A stretch of DNA of 64,000 nt from the IMG/VR virus record IMGVR_UViG_3300020576_007701; one strand, given 5' to 3'. Positions 50,721-61,397 of the stretch are shown here, one piece after another. Each line of letters starts with the position of its first letter. Position 1 is the stretch's first letter. The translations under genes and the position numbers were made by a program. The notes under the pieces are model-generated. The model was not told the origin of the DNA. It was given only the letters and a program-made list of their open reading frames with translations, and searched no databases. The DNA is from a virus (taxonomy: Duplodnaviria; Caudoviricetes).

Positions 50721-52364
50721 TTAGTAACCTACAGGTATTTCATCTGCTTTTGAACCCCAAGTGTCCAAAGCATTACCCCAAAGATTTGCAATACGGAAGT
50801 TGTAAGTTGTGTTTCCAGCTATAGCAAAATTCCTAGCTTCAGTTAAATAACCTCTATAGTTATTATAAATAGTATAATCACCTGGTACAAGACCAGAGTA
50901 AGAATAAGTACCAGCAGAACTTATAAATGCAACTAGAGTGCTACCGTTTGGCGTTATTAAAGTTGTTGTTCCACCAGAAACTAAACTTCCTGTAATTGTA
51001 CCACTAAGATAAAAAACAGAGAATGTGTTTTCGTAATCTAAAGAAGGTGGAACAACTGGGACTACATCAGTAGCTGTGTGAATAGAGTCTATTTCAACTA
51101 ATACACTACCGCTTAATGAAGTACTTAAAGTTTGTGCTGTATATGGTGAAGAAAACGCTACAACAGCCCTTCTAACATCAAATACGTCAATTATTTCTTT
51201 TGAATTTCCTATTCTGTAAATAAATTCAGTATTTGACTGAATAGGTATTTGTGTTGTGTAAACATTTTTTGTTGTAGAAGCTTGTGAGTCTACACCATAT
51301 GTAACGTTTTGTAAAACCTGTACATTGTCTAATGTTTTTTCTACAGTATAATCTACTATACTTGTTCCTGTAAAACCAGTGTTAAAAATATCATAGCAAA
51401 TTTGCACAACACACGAATCGGCCTTGTCTGAATTTGACCATCTAAATTCAGGTGTAAAAGTTGTAATATCACCCTGTGTAATTGGATATTCCATTATGGG
51501 TTGATCTGGTACTACAAAATATGTAAAAAAGTGTCCAGCAACATTTAGACCAAAATATGTTGATGCTGTAATTGAATGTATTTCAGAGCTTGTTTGCCCA
51601 GTAAAAACATCACTCCACGCCTCTGTAGCAATTGTTGTTCCAGTAGTTCCAGTTATTGTGTATTTATCTACATAATCTTTTTGAAGATTTAAATAGAAAA
51701 TCATTTTAGTCTTTAAAAAATATTGAGCTTTATCAGTAAGAGCCTCTTGTTTATATGAACCCAAACTTGTAATAAATTGTTTAATTGGAATATCATAAAT
51801 AGCCCCAGTTATACCAGTTGTAGAAGCCGTAATTGTACTTATCGGATTTTCAAAATAAGCTTGTATTGTAGATAAATCATTTGGTGTTAAAGGTTGTCCA
51901 AAAAACTTTTCAGGAATTGGAATTGGATTGTTACCAGATTTTAATGTTTCTTGATTTTCTAAAGCTTTATTTTTTGTTCCAGCTTTTGAATCTGTTGAAC
52001 TGGCAACGTCATTTTTGTTTACAAAACTTGGTTTATTAGTAATTTGATTATCACTGTAAAGTCTATGAACATCATAACTTAATTTGTAAAGTTCGTGCAC
52101 AAAAAAACTATTTCCGCTTAAACTAAAAGTATTAGATGTAAAAATAAATCTTAAAGGAGGATTACCAACATTTGTAAAAATAGATGTTGAATCTTGGTCA
52201 TAGTAATTTGGTGTTCCGCCGTAAGTAACATATTGAGGAACCCTAAACACATAAACGGGTGAGGTGCCATCATTTGCATCAGCAAAATTATTGTTATAAA
52301 ACACCTGAGACGCAGTTGTACTGTGTCCAGCTGTAATAGATCTTATTTCTTTATTTATTGGCAT
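50721..52364 (-). CDS. Thr-rich structural protein with Ig/FN3-like and carboxypeptidase-regulatory-like segments
   Basis: TPEFRWS..YRIG; GTYSYSGLVPGDYTI. Confidence 0.55.
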   Translation of the reverse strand: MPINKEIRSITAGHSTTASQVFYNNNFADANDGTSPVYVFRVPQYVTYGGTPNYYDQDSTSIFTNVGNPPLRFIFTSNTFSLSGNSFFVHELYKLSYDVHRLYSDNQITNKPSFVNKNDVASSTDSKAGTKNKALENQETLKSGNNPIPIPEKFFGQPLTPNDLSTIQAYFENPISTITASTTGITGAIYDIPIKQFITSLGSYKQEALTDKAQYFLKTKMIFYLNLQKDYVDKYTITGTTGTTIATEAWSDVFTGQTSSEIHSITASTYFGLNVAGHFFTYFVVPDQPIMEYPITQGDITTFTPEFRWSNSDKADSCVVQICYDIFNTGFTGTSIVDYTVEKTLDNVQVLQNVTYGVDSQASTTKNVYTTQIPIQSNTEFIYRIGNSKEIIDVFDVRRAVVAFSSPYTAQTLSTSLSGSVLVEIDSIHTATDVVPVVPPSLDYENTFSVFYLSGTITGSLVSGGTTTLITPNGSTLVAFISSAGTYSYSGLVPGDYTIYNNYRGYLTEARNFAIAGNTTYNFRIANLWGNALDTWGSKADEIPVGY

Positions 52365-52365
52365 T

Positions 52366-54801
52366 TTATAAAGTTGAAATTATTTGAATTTTTTCTCCCA
52401 CATCTAAAAAGTCTAAACTAGCTCTTACAGCAGATATAGATGCGTTAATATTTGTATTTAGTATAATATCTACTGTGGCAGCTTTTATACTAACTGTATA
52501 TGGAATGTGAACATTAATAACAACGTTTTGTACTGTAATATTATCGTAATGAAAATCGTTTATAGCTGGTCTTAAATGAAGTGGCGTAACAACTGGATTT
52601 AAATCAGGTGGTAAGTGACCCTTAAATTCAGAACCACGATTTACTCCTTCTTTATAAACAAATTTTTGTCTATTAAATATTGTATTTCTTATAGTAGTTC
52701 CACGTGATTCCAATATTGTCGTTGCTGGCAACAATTGTAAAGTATAGTTTGTAAAATTCATTTCAAGAAGATTTAGAAATGCTTCTAATCTCTTAAATGT
52801 TAATTTGTGTGACGATGGATTTTGCCAATAATAATAAGAAAGATAAGCGTTCTTTAAACCGTTATATGTTGAAATATTAAAAGTGTTTAATATTTCATCT
52901 GTATTGCTTGAATTATATGTATTGTTTCCAGTTGTTTTTCTATCACGAGGATCAATTAAATTTGCGTAAATATAATTTAACCACTCATTAATTGTCATTG
53001 CACTTATTGCTCCATTCGCCATTACATTAGCCGAAACAAGATATTCTGCTGGTACTGTTGTGGATGTTAATAGCCATGTTGTTCCAGTTTGTTGTTGATA
53101 AAAACCAAACACACCACACTCTATAGCTGCAGCTGGATCAAGAGACATTCTAAATTCTTTTGAATTTATTGTGTCTTGAGAACCGTTTACTCCAGAAAAA
53201 CCAACAATAACTTTGCCGTTGTCTATTGTTTTATTTGGATTAAATTCTGGTGTCCATTGCGTAATATAGTCGTGGCCATTACCTCTTCCTGAACCACCCT
53301 CTTGAAATATGTATCTACTTTGAGAATAATCAATGTAACCATTATCGTTTATTTTATTTGATAAACTAGTTGTACCGCTAGTTAAAGCATCTTGATAAAC
53401 GTTATTAATTTTATAAACAAATTCATCTAATTGCACCATACATTCTGGCGCTCCCATTAATTTAAATAAAAATGTTAACCCGTCCCTGGTTCCTTTTTTC
53501 TTGTATAACCAATTTATGTTTATTAAAATTCTTCTCCATATCTCAACGTTAAAATGAGAGTAAGAAGTACCTTCACCATCTACGTCCGCAGATAAGTATT
53601 CGAATAAATCTACTTCATTAAAAGAATCTACTAATTTCCATCCAAGTAAATTGCTTAATTTATGCATGAATTTTTGAGGCACACTTTCTGTGCCGTCATA
53701 TTCTACAGAGTGAGCATAAGCGATTCCATCTATATAATTTTTTATTTGATCAAATTCATGCGCATATGCTTGAACTGTGCTTTTATAAATTTGATTATCT
53801 GAATCCATATCCAAAAAAGTATCTGGAATCATGGTTCTTAACATGATGTTTGTTTTAGAATCATCTATGTTCGCAGCAGCTCTTAAAATACTGTCTTTAT
53901 AATCATCAAATTCAGTTCCAAAACTATCTGGCGCAAACCCATCTATTGTTTTAGGCCAAACAAAACTAGTTTCTGTATAACCAGAATCAGTTTCTATATT
54001 TGGTACTAAAAGTTTTTCGCCATATAACAGATGTTTTTCTAGGCTGCTTAAATTTAATTTATATTGAGAAAATCTTTTTCTTGAAGGTCTTATATAAATT
54101 GGTGCTGTACTAGAACCAATTATTTCCTCTAAAGATCCACTTATAACAAAATATAAATAAGAATCAGTACCAGCAGAAAAACTATACTCTGTAATAGGAA
54201 CAATGTTTGTCATTCCAGTTGTTGTAGATCCGCTTAAATCAATAGCAAACTCTGTATAGCTATCAACTAAACTGAATACGCCATCCATTGTGGAACCTGA
54301 ATTCAAAATTATATTTCCCTGATTTGATATTGCTGAATAAGGTACTTTAAAAGAAGAAATTCTAACTCCAGTCATTGTGTTTGCAGAAGTTACATAATCA
54401 TAAATTGTTGTTCCAGTACCATTATCATATGAAAGTATGGCGTATGGGAAATTTGTAATTATACTATTTATTGAATTCGCTACCTCAGTATAAAAAGAAC
54501 CAAAATAAGAATAACTAAACGCATCATTTGGTTTTAAATTAAGTTCGTTTGGGTTAACAGAATAAGATTGTGGTGGTGTAAAATTTTTTATACCAAGAGT
54601 TTCAAGAGTTGAAAAAGAATCAAACTTTAAACTTTCATTGCTTCCAGTAATTGATACCGAGGCATTATCTTTATAAATTCTAAAATCACCAAATGTAAAA
54701 ATGGAGTCAGAATTAGTATTCAACAACCTTTTATCCTCACCAGGTCTGTAAAAAACCGATAAGGTATCTGCTGAGTTTGGCGTAATTAAGTTGCTTGACA
54801 C
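52366..54801 (-). CDS. Baseplate wedge/tail protein containing a P2 gpI-like domain
   Basis: VPQKFMHKLSNLLGW...WRRILININWLYKKKGTRDGLTFLFKLMG; GTG start; TATTTATA upstream (54820-54827, minus). Confidence 0.7.
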   Translation of the reverse strand: MSSNLITPNSADTLSVFYRPGEDKRLLNTNSDSIFTFGDFRIYKDNASVSITGSNESLKFDSFSTLETLGIKNFTPPQSYSVNPNELNLKPNDAFSYSYFGSFYTEVANSINSIITNFPYAILSYDNGTGTTIYDYVTSANTMTGVRISSFKVPYSAISNQGNIILNSGSTMDGVFSLVDSYTEFAIDLSGSTTTGMTNIVPITEYSFSAGTDSYLYFVISGSLEEIIGSSTAPIYIRPSRKRFSQYKLNLSSLEKHLLYGEKLLVPNIETDSGYTETSFVWPKTIDGFAPDSFGTEFDDYKDSILRAAANIDDSKTNIMLRTMIPDTFLDMDSDNQIYKSTVQAYAHEFDQIKNYIDGIAYAHSVEYDGTESVPQKFMHKLSNLLGWKLVDSFNEVDLFEYLSADVDGEGTSYSHFNVEIWRRILININWLYKKKGTRDGLTFLFKLMGAPECMVQLDEFVYKINNVYQDALTSGTTSLSNKINDNGYIDYSQSRYIFQEGGSGRGNGHDYITQWTPEFNPNKTIDNGKVIVGFSGVNGSQDTINSKEFRMSLDPAAAIECGVFGFYQQQTGTTWLLTSTTVPAEYLVSANVMANGAISAMTINEWLNYIYANLIDPRDRKTTGNNTYNSSNTDEILNTFNISTYNGLKNAYLSYYYWQNPSSHKLTFKRLEAFLNLLEMNFTNYTLQLLPATTILESRGTTIRNTIFNRQKFVYKEGVNRGSEFKGHLPPDLNPVVTPLHLRPAINDFHYDNITVQNVVINVHIPYTVSIKAATVDIILNTNINASISAVRASLDFLDVGEKIQIISTL

Positions 54802-54933
54802 GGTAATTCTATTTTTTTATATAAATATTCGTAAAAAAGATTTCGATTATAAAGCAAAATCTAACAACTATTTACATTCTTAGTCTTATTTATTATTTTT
54901 TTTTACTAATATTTATAGGAAATTGTAAAAAAT

Positions 54934-56982
54934 ATGAGTTATCTACAACAAGAGCCATTGACCTATTTAAACATCAAATTGACAGATGATGGAAGAAGAT
55001 TGTTGTCACTCGGTCAATTAAGTTTTTCCAAGGCTGTATTATCAGATAGGGAAATAAAATACGATTTCGATAATACAAGCTCATATAATATTTCTTGTCT
55101 TGATAAAATCATTGCCCCAAAAGATGCAAACCCATTATTGCCACTTTATAATTTTGATGGTACTGACCCAATTCCATTTAGTACAATTGCTTCAGCAAGA
55201 CAAATAGTTTCAGCATCAACACCTTCAACTGGCTTTTATACTGGTTCTTCTTCAAACTGGGCACTTGATACAACGAAAATGCTTGGCAAATCAGTTATTA
55301 CATATTCTAAATTTACACCAAGCGGATCAACATTTATAAAAATGTCTGGCGGAACATATTTTCCAAAAGGTGGAGAATTAATGTTTGTACCTTGGAAACC
55401 TATTCAAAATAGTGGAAACACTAGTGTATCTACAACCTTAGTTGGTTCTGGAACGCCACTTGTTTCTCTTTGGTATAGAGTTATAAGTGCAAATACAGCA
55501 TCTTCAACTGTTTGGTTAGATAGACCATTACCAAATTTTGGCGCTACTATCGCCACTTCTTCTTTATCTGCAAATACATATTTTTATCCATTTAGCGGAG
55601 TTGATACCTACTATGGTTCAGCTACTACTTTGGCTACTCAAGTTTGGAATATGAATATAGTTCGAACAAGTAGTGTTATGGGAACAGATGGAACCATGAG
55701 TGCTTATACCACATATGGTTCTGTTGACTATAATGGAAGTAAACAATATTTTGGTTTTTCTTCTGAAACACGTGCGCTCGGAATAGTCCATTATTCAAAT
55801 AAATTTAGTGGAAATACCTACGCAGAACAACTTATAGAAGGCACAGTTGTGGTTGATATGCCTCACATAATGTGGCACAATTCTACTGCAAGTGCTGGCC
55901 AAGCAAATACTTGGGGATTATCTCTTTCTGATGCGGCTGGTCCAACAACATATGATGCTTTAGCTGGAACATCTTATAGACCTCTAAGGGACGGCACCTC
56001 TACAAGTGATATGATTGTTGGTAGAGTTTATCATAAATTAAAAATGATGATAATCACAGATCCAGAATTGCTTTGTGCTCTTACTTATAAATCAAATAGA
56101 AACTTTACGCTTCCAGCTTTGTCTTTAAGTACAAGTTTTGCGCCAAAATATCCTTTGTCAACATCTGATGCAACAGGTATTTTAGAAACTGGTTACACTT
56201 ATTATGTTACCTATCTTGTGGATAACGAATGGGTATATTCTCCAGCTGCAACTGGTCTTACATATGGTTATCAAACGCCTTTAAATTGTAACTATATTTC
56301 TCAAATTGATGGCGTGAATGACAGTAATGGAAATCCTCAATTTTTAAGAGTTGGATTTGCCTCTAATGGTTTTCCTTTTTTAAGAAGTGGAACTGGGATG
56401 GAAACATACTCTGGTACTGGATGGAATGCAAACAGAGTGCAATTAATGGTTAACAAAGTTAACAATACATTGTATCCAAATATGAAAATTGATAATTTGC
56501 CATCTGATAGTTGGAAGTTGATTTCTTCATCTTTATCTGGCGGTAATGGTATATACAGTGGAACAAGCACTTCATCAATTGATGCAACTTCATTGCTTAC
56601 ATATAATTATATTATATCACAAGAAGATTATAATTCAGGATCCACTTTTGCTCTTAGCAATCGTTATTCTGCATTTACTCAGAATACTAGTTATTTAAAT
56701 AGTGGCCTAACATTTGGGGATGAATCATTTTTCTTTGGAAATATAACGTGCGATATAATGGCGACAACGTTTAAGAGTGTTTTAACAGTATTAGCATCAA
56801 ACTCAGCATTCAACTCTTCAAATAACCCTTCGTTTAATTCAACAATAAACTTAGATACATATATTTCAGAGGTAGGTGTTTTGGATTCTAACAATGTACT
56901 TGTTGGTATAGGTAAGTTTACTTATCCAATACCAAAAAATTCAAGTAGGTTTTTAGCGTTTCAATTAGAAATTGATTTTTAA
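54934..56982 (+). CDS. Tail-collar/fibre-attachment-like structural protein
   Basis: N-terminal KLTDDGRRLL and C-terminal YISEVGVLD..LVGIGK..PIPK; TATTTATA at 54910-54917. Confidence 0.65.
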   Translation: MSYLQQEPLTYLNIKLTDDGRRLLSLGQLSFSKAVLSDREIKYDFDNTSSYNISCLDKIIAPKDANPLLPLYNFDGTDPIPFSTIASARQIVSASTPSTGFYTGSSSNWALDTTKMLGKSVITYSKFTPSGSTFIKMSGGTYFPKGGELMFVPWKPIQNSGNTSVSTTLVGSGTPLVSLWYRVISANTASSTVWLDRPLPNFGATIATSSLSANTYFYPFSGVDTYYGSATTLATQVWNMNIVRTSSVMGTDGTMSAYTTYGSVDYNGSKQYFGFSSETRALGIVHYSNKFSGNTYAEQLIEGTVVVDMPHIMWHNSTASAGQANTWGLSLSDAAGPTTYDALAGTSYRPLRDGTSTSDMIVGRVYHKLKMMIITDPELLCALTYKSNRNFTLPALSLSTSFAPKYPLSTSDATGILETGYTYYVTYLVDNEWVYSPAATGLTYGYQTPLNCNYISQIDGVNDSNGNPQFLRVGFASNGFPFLRSGTGMETYSGTGWNANRVQLMVNKVNNTLYPNMKIDNLPSDSWKLISSSLSGGNGIYSGTSTSSIDATSLLTYNYIISQEDYNSGSTFALSNRYSAFTQNTSYLNSGLTFGDESFFFGNITCDIMATTFKSVLTVLASNSAFNSSNNPSFNSTINLDTYISEVGVLDSNNVLVGIGKFTYPIPKNSSRFLAFQLEIDF

Positions 56983-57019
56983 TAAAAAAATTATATTAAT
57001 ATTTATAAAAAAATAAACA

Positions 57020-57592
57020 ATGGGAAGAATAGCTTCGGCATCAACAGTATACGCAACAGCATATTTATCTGAAAAAGGTAGATCGTATCTTTTTAATAAG
57101 GGTAATATTCGTTTCGATGCCAACGGAAATGATTTATTTGAAATCTTGGCATTTGGCCTGGGAGACCCAGATACGAATTACGCTACAAATGTAAGATTAG
57201 AGTCTGGAGATATTCCAGATATTACTGGAAAATCAGAAGACTGTATTAAATCAACAGCAGACTACATCCAATCTACATTAGTTTATTACGCAGTTGACGC
57301 AATGGCCTTCGTAGATCCGCAATATTCAACAAATATTGTTGGTAATATTTTGTATTTAAACACTGATGCTGGAATGCCAGCAAATGCTGCTACGGATACT
57401 CCACCAGTACCACCTCCAGTAGTTGTAGTTACTAATACTCCTACTTCGGCGGCAGCAGCAGCGTCTGCATTCGGTGTACCAGGAGGAGATGACGTTTCAT
57501 CACACACTGTACTTGTAACTTCTACTTCAGCAGTCGCTGGTACTTTATTAGGTGGTGGTATTACAGGTATTCGTAAATCTCTTAGACAATAA
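57020..57592 (+). CDS. Structural protein related to the N-terminal part of tail-collar proteins
   Basis: AYLSEKGRSYL..FGLGDPDTNY; low-complexity C-terminus; TATTTATA at 57000-57007. Confidence 0.6.
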   Translation: MGRIASASTVYATAYLSEKGRSYLFNKGNIRFDANGNDLFEILAFGLGDPDTNYATNVRLESGDIPDITGKSEDCIKSTADYIQSTLVYYAVDAMAFVDPQYSTNIVGNILYLNTDAGMPANAATDTPPVPPPVVVVTNTPTSAAAAASAFGVPGGDDVSSHTVLVTSTSAVAGTLLGGGITGIRKSLRQ

Positions 57593-57625
57593 TAAATTTT
57601 AATAAGCGACAAATAAATAAAAAAA

Positions 57626-58213
57626 ATGGCAGCAGCAACCAATACAACATCAGCAGCAATAATCCCGTCAACTCCAAATACGGCACCAAGTGCAATTGCT
57701 TTTAAGCAAGAAATCATATTTTCAACAGTTGACAAAAACAATAATAACGCCCCTTTAACAGAGGCTTTTATTGTAAGCGGACCTACTTCTCCAGGAGTTA
57801 CTCAAATAAATCTTGGAGGTGGCGGTGGAACAAAATGTGTAATACCACTTACTACAACCTCTGGAAATGGAGCGCCATTTTTAAAAGTGCACTTTCCAAC
57901 AGTTGGAAATATAATGTATGTAACATTTTGTGTATCTAATAATTTAATGCAAGATGGTTATTATGATTATAAAACTGGTGTTCCAGCTTCTTTTGTAACA
58001 GCTCTTAGAGCTTGGATAAATACAAATCCAGCAACTGGTCAACCATATATAAACTCAAATGGTACACCAATAGTTAGAGCAAGAAATTTAAAATTTATTG
58101 CTTACGGCGCAGGTACAAATAAACCTGGAAACGCTGTAACTTTCTTTTTAAAATATCAAGGAACTTTTGGTGGTCAAGCAGTTACGGCAGCAACAACAGC
58201 ATCTACAGCATAA
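57626..58213 (+). CDS. Hypothetical structural protein
   Basis: 195 aa, Thr/Ala/Gly-rich. Confidence 0.6.
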   Translation: MAAATNTTSAAIIPSTPNTAPSAIAFKQEIIFSTVDKNNNNAPLTEAFIVSGPTSPGVTQINLGGGGGTKCVIPLTTTSGNGAPFLKVHFPTVGNIMYVTFCVSNNLMQDGYYDYKTGVPASFVTALRAWINTNPATGQPYINSNGTPIVRARNLKFIAYGAGTNKPGNAVTFFLKYQGTFGGQAVTAATTASTA

Positions 58214-58248
58214 GCTTAAATAAATTATATAATTAAAAAAACAAAAAC

Positions 58249-59361
58249 ATGGCATCACAAATTTTTAAAGCTGTAGCAAGTACAATATCAAATAGACAAG
58301 AAACGTCAACAAACGTTACGTTAAATGGAAGTGGTATTACTTATACATTATGCGACAGAACAGATACAACAAATAAAAAAGCAAATTATTTTACTTCTTT
58401 TAATTTGCCAAATATTTATTCTGATCTAGCAAGTGGAAGTACTTTGGCTTTAGCTAACCCAGAGATACTTCAAATAAATGTTGATAGAATTGTAATAATG
58501 CCTATTGATAAATCAAGTTACAATGAAATAATTGATGGTCGTAGCTTGACAATTAAAGTTCCTCAAACATTAGTGTTTAACTCAACAATGAGTTCGAAAA
58601 CAATTGTTTCAAGCACATACTCTTCTTTAATGAAAAAAGAAAGCAATGTATTTTTAGGAAATAATATTGCTTTCTTATTTTGTGATGAACTCAATTTACC
58701 ATACACTGGAACTACAAACGCTGGAACAAATACAAAAAGTTCAGTTACCACATGGAATACAACATCTTACGCTTTAAGACCAGCAGCTATACCGTATTCA
58801 GATCTTGATATCACTAGTGATATTAACACAGATAAAAGACCATCAAATTCAATTAAATATGCAACGCCTGTAACGGCTGCATATCCAAATAACACAAACC
58901 AAGGTTATAATTACGATATACCTTGTGGAATTGTTTGTTTAGATAAAGGATTTATAGTTTTAACACACCCGTCAATTGTTGATAGTATGCCATGGACTCA
59001 AGGTATTAAAGCATATTCAAATGCTGCAAATACTGGTGGATCGTCTGGTACAACAGATATTTACTTTAGTGATACATCAAAATCTCAAACTACTTTTACC
59101 GATATAAGTATTAGCTTTAAAACCTCTGTAATTTGTATGGGATTACCTGGAGAATTTTACTTTACAAACAATCCAACTTGGGATGCCGCAAAAAATGCGC
59201 AAGAATTTAATGCACAAACTCATAATTATGACTCTTTATATATAACTGAAATAGCTTTGTATAACAGAAAAAGTGAATTGATTGCGGTTGCTAAATTAAG
59301 CGAGCCAGTAGAAAAAAACTTCACGAACTTGATCACGTTCAACATTGATATTGAAGTTTAG
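58249..59361 (+). CDS. Structural protein with tail-collar-like C-terminus
   Basis: YITEIALYN..ELIAVAKLSEPVEK, paralogous to the C-terminus of 54934..56982. Confidence 0.65.
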   Translation: MASQIFKAVASTISNRQETSTNVTLNGSGITYTLCDRTDTTNKKANYFTSFNLPNIYSDLASGSTLALANPEILQINVDRIVIMPIDKSSYNEIIDGRSLTIKVPQTLVFNSTMSSKTIVSSTYSSLMKKESNVFLGNNIAFLFCDELNLPYTGTTNAGTNTKSSVTTWNTTSYALRPAAIPYSDLDITSDINTDKRPSNSIKYATPVTAAYPNNTNQGYNYDIPCGIVCLDKGFIVLTHPSIVDSMPWTQGIKAYSNAANTGGSSGTTDIYFSDTSKSQTTFTDISISFKTSVICMGLPGEFYFTNNPTWDAAKNAQEFNAQTHNYDSLYITEIALYNRKSELIAVAKLSEPVEKNFTNLITFNIDIEV

Positions 59362-59398
59362 TGGAATTAATTGACTGATTATCAGTAAGTTACATTTT

Positions 59399-59427
59399 AA
59401 CTCTTGGGTTTTACTCAAGAGTTTTTT
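59399..59427 (+). terminator. Intrinsic terminator
   Basis: AACTCTTGGGT-ttt-ACTCAAGAGTT followed by a T-run. Confidence 0.75.
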
Positions 59428-59449
59428 ATTTTATTGAAAACCTAAATTT

Positions 59450-60121
59450 ATGCCAGGAATATATCAAATAAAAAACAAAATTAACAACAATATCTATGTT
59501 GGATCAGCAAAAGATTTCTCACGACGCATAGGTGAACACACAAAATTGTTGAAAAAAAACAAACACCACTCTTCTTATTTACAACATGCTTGGAATAAGT
59601 ATGGAGAAGATAATTTTATTTTTGGATTACTTGAAGTGGTTGAAGATTTGTCTCAATTGATTAAGCGTGAACAGCATTACATAGACACTTTAAATCCTGA
59701 ATATAACATGTGTCCTACAGCTGGCTCTAGGCTTGGGTCTAAAACCACAAAAGAAACAAGAGAAAAAAATCGTCAAAACGCCACCAAATTTTGGCTTGGT
59801 AAAAACCTATCAGAAGAAACTAAGAAGAAGATTGGTGATGCCAACAGAGGTAATCAACACACTCAGGAAGCAAAAGATAAGATCAGCGCAAATCATAGCA
59901 GACATAATCTTGGAAAAAAATTTTCTGAAGAGTCTAAATCAAAAATGGCAAAGGCTAAAGCAATGCCAATCTCACAATACACATTAGATGGTCAATTTAT
60001 TCGCTCCTGGGACTCTGGCAAGCATGTTCAGAATGAAACTGATATGAACCAGGGTAACATAAATAAAGTGTGCCTAGGCAAGTATAAACAAGCTTATGGA
60101 TTTGTTTGGAAGTTTATCTAA
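59450..60121 (+). mobile_element. Free-standing GIY-YIG homing endonuclease gene with NUMOD3/NUMOD1 domains
   Basis: GIYQI..IYVGS..R...H..LQHAWNKYG..REQHYI..EYN; SEETKKKI repeats; ISQYTLDG...AYGFVWKF. Confidence 0.9.
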
Positions 60122-60588
60122 TATCTTAAATGTGGTTTTTCACTATTAGCAAAAAGCAACACAAGTTTATTGAACATATCTATTTGAATATCGTGATATT
60201 CAGTACACGTCATTGTTAAAAGCGGATAATTTTTTAACACATAATTTGGAACATGCGCTACTATGTTAAAAATAAATCTGTTTGGATCATCAGATAATAC
60301 TCTGATGTGAATATAAATCTCTTTACCAACACTATCAACTCTAGCGTGAAATCTTTTATCCATTGTAAAAGTGTGTATGGGATCAAATCGACCATAAGAA
60401 GGATTAAATTCACCATAAAAATGTAATCCATTGTCGTTTAATACAATGTATTCAACATCTTCTTTTTTTATCGGAAAACTTTCAATGAAATCACAAAAAA
60501 TAAAACTATCTTTATGTATTGTAATACCTGTTTGTTCCTGCATATCTGATTTTAGTATATGCTTATAATATTCCTCTTTTGTCATCAT
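60118..60588 (-). CDS. Hypothetical protein
   Basis: 156-aa ORF convergent with GIY-YIG. Confidence 0.6.
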   Translation of the reverse strand: MMTKEEYYKHILKSDMQEQTGITIHKDSFIFCDFIESFPIKKEDVEYIVLNDNGLHFYGEFNPSYGRFDPIHTFTMDKRFHARVDSVGKEIYIHIRVLSDDPNRFIFNIVAHVPNYVLKNYPLLTMTCTEYHDIQIDMFNKLVLLFANSEKPHLRY

Positions 60589-60590
60589 GT

Positions 60591-60737
60591 TTATTTCTGT
60601 TTAGGTGTTGGTTCTGGTGCGTTTTCTGTTTGAGAAGGCAGTTGAGTGGTTATTGGTTTCTCTGTTGAAGTACATTTTTCTTCAGGTTTCATTGGACCAC
60701 CCTGTGTAGTTTCTGTGAACTTTTCTACTTTTTTCAT
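60591..60737 (-). CDS. Small disordered hypothetical protein (48 aa)
   Basis: Not in the track. MKKVEKFTETTQGGPMKPEEK...PTPKQK, ending 2 nt before the next ATG; TATTTAT upstream (60778-60784, minus). Confidence 0.5.
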   Translation of the reverse strand: MKKVEKFTETTQGGPMKPEEKCTSTEKPITTQLPSQTENAPEPTPKQK

Positions 60738-60789
60738 GTTTTGTATTTTATAAAATATAATACAGTAATTCTAAAAGATAAATAGATTA

Positions 60790-60821
60790 TTTGATTTTCT
60801 CGTTTTGTTTCGATATATTAT
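60790..60821 (+). promoter_or_regulatory. Bacteroidota-type promoter
   Basis: TTTG-N20-TATATTAT upstream of ATG 60834. Confidence 0.45.
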
Positions 60822-60833
60822 TGAAAACAAAAC

Positions 60834-61391
60834 ATGGAAAATAAAACAAAATATATTTTAGGCTTAGATATTTCAACCAGTTGTATAGGCTACTCTCTTT
60901 TTAATGAAGATGGAAAACTTGAAACTGCAAGCTATGTAAAGTTTGGAGACAAATTAACATTATTTGAAAAACTAGAAGAATTCAAAAAAGCGATTACTTT
61001 TATTAAAGAATATAATGTGGCTTTCATCGCAATTGAGGAGCCTCTTAAAAAATTCATGGGAAAATTTTCATCAGCTACCACAATTGCGTTATTGAATTTT
61101 TTTAACGGAATGGTCAGTTCATATTTGTATTTAGAATTTAAAATTGAGCCAGTTTATTTTAACGTAAACCACGCACGTAAAGAGGCTTTCCCAACTATGA
61201 AGGTTGAAAAAGAGGGTTCCATAAAACATGAGGTGTGGAATAAAGTAAAAGAATTAGAGCCATTAATTGATTGGAAATACGGACCTAAGTCTAGAAAACT
61301 TCTTGACGAAAACTATGATGTTTGCGATAGTTATGTCATAGCATTGTGCATGCTTATCACAATTGACAAACAAAAGACACCAGTTGTCTAG
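60834..61391 (+). CDS. RuvC-like Holliday junction resolvase
   Basis: ILGLDISTSCIG, IAIEE, DVCDS acidic tetrad. Confidence 0.8.
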   Translation: MENKTKYILGLDISTSCIGYSLFNEDGKLETASYVKFGDKLTLFEKLEEFKKAITFIKEYNVAFIAIEEPLKKFMGKFSSATTIALLNFFNGMVSSYLYLEFKIEPVYFNVNHARKEAFPTMKVEKEGSIKHEVWNKVKELEPLIDWKYGPKSRKLLDENYDVCDSYVIALCMLITIDKQKTPVV

Positions 61392-61397
61392 CTTTTT

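Noticed and set aside
57286-57741. 151-aa minus-strand ORF
   Set aside because: Antisense to two low-complexity structural genes; no independent signals
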